From NCBI GenBank assembly GCA_963771275.1, contig CAVYSW010000009.1, positions 312,289-376,288 of the forward strand: DNA of 64,000 nucleotides, given 5' to 3'. The position numbers were made by a program, and so were the translations under genes. Positions 58,313 through 64,000 of the stretch are shown here, piece by piece. The notes under the pieces were generated by a model that worked only from the letters and a program-made list of their open reading frames with translations, had not been told where the DNA came from and did no database searches. The DNA comes from an uncultured Gemmatimonadales bacterium. GTDB lineage: Bacteria > Gemmatimonadota > Gemmatimonadetes > Gemmatimonadales > GWC2-71-9. How positions within the stretch are numbered: the first letter of the stretch is position 1; the number at the start of each line of letters is the position of its first letter.

Positions 58313-59011
58313 TCAGGATGCGCGCGTCGCCAGCACGACCGCGCGCTGCATCAACTCGAGTTTCCGCCGCATCGTCTCGGCGAGATGCGCGTTGAGGTAC
58401 GCGTCCGACGGATCCGCGACAAGCGCCGCCTGGGCCCGGGCGATCGCCCGATCGATCGTGCGCAGGCTCTCCTCGATCACCCGCACCGTCGACGTATCCA
58501 GTCGACTCCGATTGGCGTCGAGCACCCGCTGGAAATCCGCCACGGCGCCCGCGTAGGCGACACTGCCGGCAAACTGCTGCGCGCCGGCGGACGCGGGTCC
58601 CATGCTGGGCCTGGTGGCCACCGGCGTCGGCCGTCCGCTCACCCCGGTGGGCCCGCCGCGCGGGCCCACCGCCAGCCACATCGCGCCCGCCCCCAGCATC
58701 AGCAGCACCCCGGCCGCCGCCGCGAGCTGGGACATCGTCACGGTGAATGGCCGCCGCCAGCGCAGTGGCCGGGCGCGGACGGGCGCCGTCCCCCCGACCC
58801 CAATCCGGGCTGCGATCCCGGGCCAGAGGTCCCGCTCCGGCGGCCGGTCCGCCAGCGCGCCCGCCCGCATCGTCACCCGCCGCAAGTCGGCCAGCGTCCG
58901 CTCGCAATCCGCGCACTCGCCGAGGTGCCGCTCCAGCTCGTCGCGCTCCGCCGGCGCCAGCTCGCCATCGAGGTACTCCGATAGCCGTGCCGTCCAGTGG
59001 TCGCCGGTCAT
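58313..59011 (-). CDS. Anti-sigma factor (zf-HC2 N terminus, single TM segment)
   Basis: Internal Met MTGDHWTARLSEYLDGEL of track ORF 58313..59596. The zinc motif is HLGECADCERTL and the TM segment is LAAAAGVLLMLGAGAMWLAV. ATGA overlap with the sigma-factor stop. Confidence 0.8.
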   Translation of the reverse strand: MTGDHWTARLSEYLDGELAPAERDELERHLGECADCERTLADLRRVTMRAGALADRPPERDLWPGIAARIGVGGTAPVRARPLRWRRPFTVTMSQLAAAAGVLLMLGAGAMWLAVGPRGGPTGVSGRPTPVATRPSMGPASAGAQQFAGSVAYAGAVADFQRVLDANRSRLDTSTVRVIEESLRTIDRAIARAQAALVADPSDAYLNAHLAETMRRKLELMQRAVVLATRAS

Positions 59012-59592
59012 TGCGGCCTTCCTTCCGGCGCTCGCGGCTCCAAGTGGGTCCGGAGCAGCATCCGCGCCCGGTGCAGCTGCGCCTTCGATGTCCCTGCGGC
59101 GATCCCCATCAGCTCTCCGATTTCCTCGTGTCGATAGCCCTCGACGTCGTGGAGCACGAACACCTGCCGAGCCCCTTCCGGCAACCGCGCGACCGCGCTC
59201 TCGAGGTCGATCGCCAACTCGGGCCGCGACGGCGCCGCCCGCTGCAGCTCCAGTACGCCGTCCGCCTCGCTGAACCGCGACCGCTCCACCCCGAGCCGGG
59301 ACCGCCGCGACAGGATCAGGTTGATCGCGAGCCGGTGCAGCCAGGTCCCGAACGCCGCCTCGCCACGGAAGCTCCCCAGCTTCTCCCACGCCCGGACGAA
59401 GACATCCTGCGTCAACTCGTCCGCGTGGTCGGGCCCGGTCATGCGCCGGGCGAGCGAGTGGATCCGCGCCGAGTGGCTGCGATAGAGCCGCTCGAAGGCA
59501 TGTGCGTCCCCGCTCGCTGCGAGGGCAACGTCCACGGCGTCGTCGGGTACGGTCTGGCTCAGAAGGCCCGCTCCAGCGCTCGGCTCGTCCAT
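59008..59592 (-). CDS. ECF-type RNA polymerase sigma-70 family factor
   Basis: 194 aa. Region 2 is ADELTQDVFVRAWEKL and region 4 is HEEIGELMGIAAGTSKAQLHRARMLLR. Confidence 0.92.
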   Translation of the reverse strand: MDEPSAGAGLLSQTVPDDAVDVALAASGDAHAFERLYRSHSARIHSLARRMTGPDHADELTQDVFVRAWEKLGSFRGEAAFGTWLHRLAINLILSRRSRLGVERSRFSEADGVLELQRAAPSRPELAIDLESAVARLPEGARQVFVLHDVEGYRHEEIGELMGIAAGTSKAQLHRARMLLRTHLEPRAPEGRPQ

Positions 59593-59638
59593 GCACTCCG
59601 TTGGACGAGCGGACCGGCCGGATGGTTTGGAGACGCGA

Positions 59639-60409
59639 TCACAGCCTCAGGATGCTGGTCCGGTACCACTGCACGACGGCGTCCCCCGCCACGAACGCGA
59701 CGGCGGCGCCGGCCGCGAGGAAGATGCCGAAGGGCACCAACTTCTTGGTGCGCAAGGAGATAGGAACGAACACCAAGGTGCCGAGCAGGGCGCCGCCAAA
59801 GATCGTGAGCAGCACGCCCTGCCAACCCACAAAGGCGCCGACCATCGCCATCATCTTGATGTCGCCCCCGCCCATCGCCTCCTTCTTGAACACCTTCTCG
59901 CCGGCCCACGCCACCGCGTAGAGCAGCGTGAACCCCACGACCGCGCCCACCAGGGCGTTCCCCACGGCCGGGAGGCCGACGGGCAGGGCCAGGGCGAGCC
60001 CCAGGGCGAGGCCTCCCCAGGTGAACTCGTCGGGGATGATGTAGTGGCGTGCGTCGGTGATGGCGATGCCGAGCAACAGCGTGCCGAGCACGGCCGCCGC
60101 CGCCGCGTGCCAGGAGAGACCGTAGCACCCTACCGCGGTCCCCCAGAGCAGCGCGACGAGCGCCTCGATCAGCGGGTACTGCACGGAGATCGGGGCGCGG
60201 CACCGGCGGCACTTTCCCCCCAGCAGCAGCCATCCGAACACCGGTACGTTGTCATGCCACGGGATGCGCTGCCCGCACGACGGACAGGAGGACGGCGGCC
60301 GCACGAGCGATTGCTCGCGCGGCAGCCGGTAGATGCAGACGTTGAGGAAGCTCCCGAACGTGCTGCCCAGTGCCGCGGCAATGGCCACGATCGGCCATTC
60401 AGCCGCCAC
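59639..60409 (-). CDS. pilD: Prepilin peptidase (type IV leader peptidase, A24 family)
   Basis: The frame of track ORF 59639..60763 has no ATG. GTG starts lie at 60409 (overlapping the upstream stop) or 60388. The zinc motif is CPSCGQ..CRRC, and the catalytic Asp contexts are ITDARHYIIPDE and GGGDIKMMAMVG. Confidence 0.85.
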   Translation of the reverse strand: MAAEWPIVAIAAALGSTFGSFLNVCIYRLPREQSLVRPPSSCPSCGQRIPWHDNVPVFGWLLLGGKCRRCRAPISVQYPLIEALVALLWGTAVGCYGLSWHAAAAAVLGTLLLGIAITDARHYIIPDEFTWGGLALGLALALPVGLPAVGNALVGAVVGFTLLYAVAWAGEKVFKKEAMGGGDIKMMAMVGAFVGWQGVLLTIFGGALLGTLVFVPISLRTKKLVPFGIFLAAGAAVAFVAGDAVVQWYRTSILRL

Positions 60410-61169
60410 GGACCACCTCGTAGAGCAGGATGCCGGCGGCGACCGCCACGTTGAGGGATTCCGCGCCCCGCGCGAGCGGAATCGCCACCTGCTGGTGGGC
60501 CAGGCCGCGCACGGCGGCGCCGACCCCCAGCCCCTCGTTGCCCACCACCAGCGCCAGCCGCTCGGGCACGGTTGCCCGCTGGAGCGCGGCACCGTCGGCG
60601 GCGGCCACCCAGACCGCGAGCCGCTCGCGCCGCACCCAGGCGGCGAGCTCCGCGGGCTCGAGCGGAACCGCCGGCAGACGGAACGTGGCCCCCATCGCGC
60701 CGCGCACCACCTTGGGGTTGGTGAGGTCGGCGGTACCCTTGAGGAGCACGGCGCCGCAGGCACCCAGGGCGAACGCCGTGCGGAGCAGGGTGCCCACGTT
60801 GCCGGGGTCCTGGACCGCGTCCAGCACGAGCACGGGGGCGGTGCGTTGCGGGTGGAGATCCGCCAGCGTCCAGCGGCGCGGCTCCACCACCACGAGCACC
60901 CCCTGGGGCGTCTCCGTCTCCGCGAGGGTGGCGAACGTGCGGGCGGGCACCTCTTCGAGCGGCACGGCGCGGCCCGCGAGCTCCGCCAGGAGCGCGGCCC
61001 CGCGAGACGACTCGGCGAGGTCGCGCGTCACGAGCGCCCCCACGATCGGCACGCGCGCGGCGAGCACTTCCTCGACCAGGCGCACGCCTTCGGCGAGCGT
61101 CAGGCCCCGGCGTCTGCGCGCCCGGCGCTGTTGTAGATTCCGAACCACCGATTGGAGCTGAGAAGTCAT
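60399..61169 (-). CDS. TrmH/SpoU-family RNA 2'-O-methyltransferase
   Basis: C-terminal 256 aa of track ORF 60399..61994, starting at [12 protein letters not shown]. Motifs: [40 protein letters not shown]. Confidence 0.88.
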   Translation of the reverse strand: MTSQLQSVVRNLQQRRARRRRGLTLAEGVRLVEEVLAARVPIVGALVTRDLAESSRGAALLAELAGRAVPLEEVPARTFATLAETETPQGVLVVVEPRRWTLADLHPQRTAPVLVLDAVQDPGNVGTLLRTAFALGACGAVLLKGTADLTNPKVVRGAMGATFRLPAVPLEPAELAAWVRRERLAVWVAAADGAALQRATVPERLALVVGNEGLGVGAAVRGLAHQQVAIPLARGAESLNVAVAAGILLYEVVRGG

Positions 61170-61226
61170 GGACACTCCCGCCGACGCCCAATCATACCAC
61201 GGCGCGCGGATTCGGAAAGTCGCCGG

Positions 61227-62030
61227 ATGCGGATCGCCCTGACGATCGCGGGATCCGATTCGGGCGGCGGCGCCGGCATCCAGGCCGACCTCAAGACGTT
61301 CCATCAGTTCGGCGTGTTCGGCACGTCGGTGATCGTGGCGATCACGGCGCAGAACACGCGCGGCGTCACGGCGGTGCACGCGGTTCCCCTCGCGACGGTG
61401 GACGCCCAGCTCGCGGCGCTCGCCGCCGATCTGCCGCCCGCGGCGGTGAAGAGCGGCATGCTCGCCTCGGCGGCGCTCGTCGCGACGGTGGCCGACGGGA
61501 TCGCGCGCTTCCGGTTCCCCCACTACGTGTGCGATCCGGTCATGGTGGCCACGTCGGGCGACCGCCTGCTGGACGCGGACGCGGTGCGCACCGTGCGCGA
61601 GCGCCTGCTGCCGCTCGCGACGCTCGTCACGCCGAACCTCGACGAGGCCGCGCTGCTGGCGGAGCAGCCCGTCGCGAGCCCCGGCGACATGGAGGCGGCC
61701 GGCCGCGCGCTGGTCCGCATGGGCGCGCGCGCCGCCCTGATCAAAGGCGGCCATCTCGCAGGCCACGAGATCGTGGACGTGCTCGTCACGGCCGGCGGCA
61801 CCGAGCGGTTCCGCCGGGAGCGCCTCGCCACGACGTCGACCCACGGCACCGGGTGCACGCTGTCGGCCGCCGTGACCGCGGCCCTGGCGCTCGGTCGACC
61901 CCTGCGGGAAGCGATCGCGGCCGCGCTGGACTACGTGCACCGCGCGATCGCGGGGGCGCCGGGACTGGGCGGGGGTCACGGGCCGCTCAATCACTTCGTC
62001 CCGGCGGGTCTGCCGGGGACGGTGGCGTGA
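61227..62030 (+). CDS. thiD: Hydroxymethylpyrimidine/phosphomethylpyrimidine kinase
   Basis: Internal Met [24 protein letters not shown] of track ORF 61152..62030. It also carries the motif [11 protein letters not shown]. Confidence 0.92.
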   Translation: MRIALTIAGSDSGGGAGIQADLKTFHQFGVFGTSVIVAITAQNTRGVTAVHAVPLATVDAQLAALAADLPPAAVKSGMLASAALVATVADGIARFRFPHYVCDPVMVATSGDRLLDADAVRTVRERLLPLATLVTPNLDEAALLAEQPVASPGDMEAAGRALVRMGARAALIKGGHLAGHEIVDVLVTAGGTERFRRERLATTSTHGTGCTLSAAVTAALALGRPLREAIAAALDYVHRAIAGAPGLGGGHGPLNHFVPAGLPGTVA

Positions 62031-63484
62031 GCCCGTCCCCGATCTTTCCCCGCCCGCCCCGCGCCCGGGGCATCTTCTGCAACCGCACGCTCAACCTGCG
62101 GGCGATCCGGGCAATCGGCTACGACATGGACTACACGCTGGTCCACTACCGGGTGGACGAGTGGGAGCGGCGGGCCTACGAGTACCTGCAGCAGAAGTTC
62201 ACGGACCTCGGCTGGCCCCTCGCGGCGCTTGCGTTCGACGCGTCGTTCATCGTGCGCGGCCTGATCATCGACACCGAGCTGGGCAACGTGCTCAAGGCCA
62301 ACCGCTTCGGCTACGTGAAGCGCGCGTATCACGGGACCCGCCAGCTGGATTTCGAGGAGCAGCGCCGCGTGTACGCGCGAACGATCGTGGACCTGAGCGA
62401 GCCGCGCTGGGTGTTCCTCAACACGCTGTTCGCGCTGTCGGAAGCGTGCATGTACGCGCAGCTGGTCGACCTGCTGGACGCGCGCACGCTGCCGGAGGTG
62501 CTGGGCTACGCCGACCTGTACGAGCGCACCCGGCAGCTGATCGACGAGGCCCACGTCGAGGGCCTGCTCAAGGCGGACATCCTGGCGGACCCCGACCGGT
62601 TCGTCGAGCCCGACCCCGAGGCCGCGCTGGCGCTGCTCGACCAGATCAAGGCGGGCAAGCGCCTGCTGCTGATCACCAACTCCGAGTGGCCGTACACCCG
62701 CGCCCTGATGCGCCACGCGTTCGACCGGTTTCTGCCGGGCGGGATGACTTGGCGCGATCTGTTCGAGGTGGTGATCGTGCAGGCCCGCAAGCCGGACTTC
62801 TTTTCCAGCCGGAGCCCGGTGTTCGAGATCGTGAACGAGGAGGGCCTGCTGCGGCCCGCCCTGGGCCTGACGGCCGGCGGGGCCTACGTCGGCGGCAACG
62901 CCGGGCTCGTGGAGCACCACCTTGGCGTGTCGGGCGACCAAATCCTGTTCGTCGGCGATCACCTGTTCGCGGACGTGCACGTTTCCAAGAACGTGCTGCG
63001 GTGGCGGACCGCGCTCGTGCTCCGCGAGCTCGAGGCCGACCTGCTGGCGGAGGAGGCGTTCGCGGACGACCTGGCGCGGCTGGAGCGGCTGATGGCCCGC
63101 AAGGAGGAGCTGGAATTCGACGTCTGCCAGATCCGCCTGCAGCTGCAGCGCGCGCGGGCCCGCTACGGGCCCAAGCCGACCCGCTCGCCCGAGAGTCTCG
63201 AGCCGGACCTCGCGGCCCTGCGCGACCGGCTGGAGGCGCTGGACGAGGAAATCGCACCGCTCGCGGCGCGCGCCACCGAGATCAGCAATGCGCGCTGGGG
63301 GCAGCTGATGCGCGCCGGAAACGACAAGAGCCACCTGGCACGGCAGGTGGAGCGGTACGCGGACATCTACCTGTCGCGCGTCTCCAACTTCCTGTACCAC
63401 ACGCCGTTCGCGTTCCTGCGCTCGCCGCGCGGGAGCCTGCCGCACGACGCCGGCAGCGCGGGCGCCGAGGAACCCGCGCCTTAG
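62027..63484 (+). CDS. HAD-superfamily (subfamily IG) 5'-nucleotidase, cN-II-like
   Basis: GTG start overlapping the thiD stop (GTGA). It contains RGIFCNRTLNLRAIRAIGYDMDYTLV (DxDxT motif). It also contains LLLITNSEW and FVGDHLFADV. Confidence 0.85.
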   Translation: MSPSPIFPRPPRARGIFCNRTLNLRAIRAIGYDMDYTLVHYRVDEWERRAYEYLQQKFTDLGWPLAALAFDASFIVRGLIIDTELGNVLKANRFGYVKRAYHGTRQLDFEEQRRVYARTIVDLSEPRWVFLNTLFALSEACMYAQLVDLLDARTLPEVLGYADLYERTRQLIDEAHVEGLLKADILADPDRFVEPDPEAALALLDQIKAGKRLLLITNSEWPYTRALMRHAFDRFLPGGMTWRDLFEVVIVQARKPDFFSSRSPVFEIVNEEGLLRPALGLTAGGAYVGGNAGLVEHHLGVSGDQILFVGDHLFADVHVSKNVLRWRTALVLRELEADLLAEEAFADDLARLERLMARKEELEFDVCQIRLQLQRARARYGPKPTRSPESLEPDLAALRDRLEALDEEIAPLAARATEISNARWGQLMRAGNDKSHLARQVERYADIYLSRVSNFLYHTPFAFLRSPRGSLPHDAGSAGAEEPAP

Positions 63485-63493
63485 GCGCGTCCC

Positions 63494-64000
63494 GTGGACC
63501 TGCTCGTCGTGCGCCACGCGATCGCGGGCGATCGCCTCGACTGGAGCCGGTCGGGGAAGCCCGACAGCCAGCGTCCCGTCAGCGCGGAGGGGCGCAGGAA
63601 GATGGCGGCGGCCGCGCGCGGCCTCGCGGCCGTGGTGCCGCACCTGGACGTGCTCGCGACGAGCCCGTACCTCCGCGCCCGCCAGACCGCCGAGATCCTG
63701 CACACGCAGTACGGGAAGCCCGAGCCGACCGAGGTCGCGGCGCTGGCCCACGGCGGGTCCCCGGCGGAGCTGCTCGAGTGGCTCGGGCGCGAGGGGAAGC
63801 GCGACGTGGTGGCGATCGTCGGGCATGAGCCCGACCTCGGCGCGCTGATCGGCCGGCTGCTCACCGGCGGACCCGCGGACGTGGTCCGGCTCGGGAAGGG
63901 CGGCGCCTGCCTGCTCTCGTTCACCCGCACGCCCGGCCCGGGCGCGGCGGAGCTCACCTGGGTGCTCACGCCCAAGCTGCTCCGCCGGCTGGGGAAGTAA
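63494..64000 (+). CDS. sixA: SixA-like phosphohistidine phosphatase (histidine phosphatase superfamily)
   Basis: 168 aa containing LLVVRHAIA (catalytic RH). It also contains SPYLRARQTAEIL and IVGHEPDLG. The stop TAA is the last three bases of the window. Confidence 0.8.
   Translation: MDLLVVRHAIAGDRLDWSRSGKPDSQRPVSAEGRRKMAAAARGLAAVVPHLDVLATSPYLRARQTAEILHTQYGKPEPTEVAALAHGGSPAELLEWLGREGKRDVVAIVGHEPDLGALIGRLLTGGPADVVRLGKGGACLLSFTRTPGPGAAELTWVLTPKLLRRLGK

Overview
This is a GC-rich bacterial chromosomal window (about 70% by eye, not computed) and it is very gene-dense. I support about 66 protein-coding genes and 2 tRNAs (Asn-GTT, Lys-TTT). I found no rRNA, CRISPR array, transposase, integrase or phage genes. 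Many neighbouring genes are chained by 4-nt ATGA/GTGA start-stop overlaps.

Content:
- Housekeeping genes: ftsE-ftsX-envC-like, pcm, pckA, uvrA, hsp20, holB-moaC, thiD, and rpsP-rimM-trmD-rplS-rnhB with ffh.
- Envelope and export genes typical of a diderm: a TetR/TolC/HlyD/2xABC-ATPase/2xABC-2-permease efflux locus (YbhGFSR-like), two lytic transglycosylases, a type IV minor-pilin operon, prepilin peptidase, and an ECF sigma/anti-sigma operon with two DUF4097 proteins.
- Several families more familiar from eukaryotes: a DEGS-like sphingolipid desaturase, a serpin, a SWIB/MDM2 protein, a cN-II-type HAD 5'-nucleotidase, VKOR, and a SAMHD1-like HD hydrolase.

The gene content and composition are compatible with a Gemmatimonadota-like high-GC Gram-negative organism. 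That is inference only.

Most noteworthy observations:
1. A single-base frameshift splits the essential ffh gene.
2. A 67-nt AT-rich near-perfect palindrome built from GGACATT heptamers sits inside the ECF/DUF4097 gene string.
3. A coupled GHKL-ATPase + STAS-like(DUF4325) pair has no known function.
4. Three small unknown ORFs are translationally coupled to a LysM murein transglycosylase.
5. An 820-bp gap with no credible gene, but with codon-like GC3 periodicity, lies upstream of the pilin operon.
6. The minor-pilin operon has an unusually large PilX-like protein and a PilW-FN3 fusion.

I cannot point to one unambiguous novel system. Items 3, 4 and 2 are the best candidates. Start codons are often uncertain because the high GC content creates long spurious ORFs.
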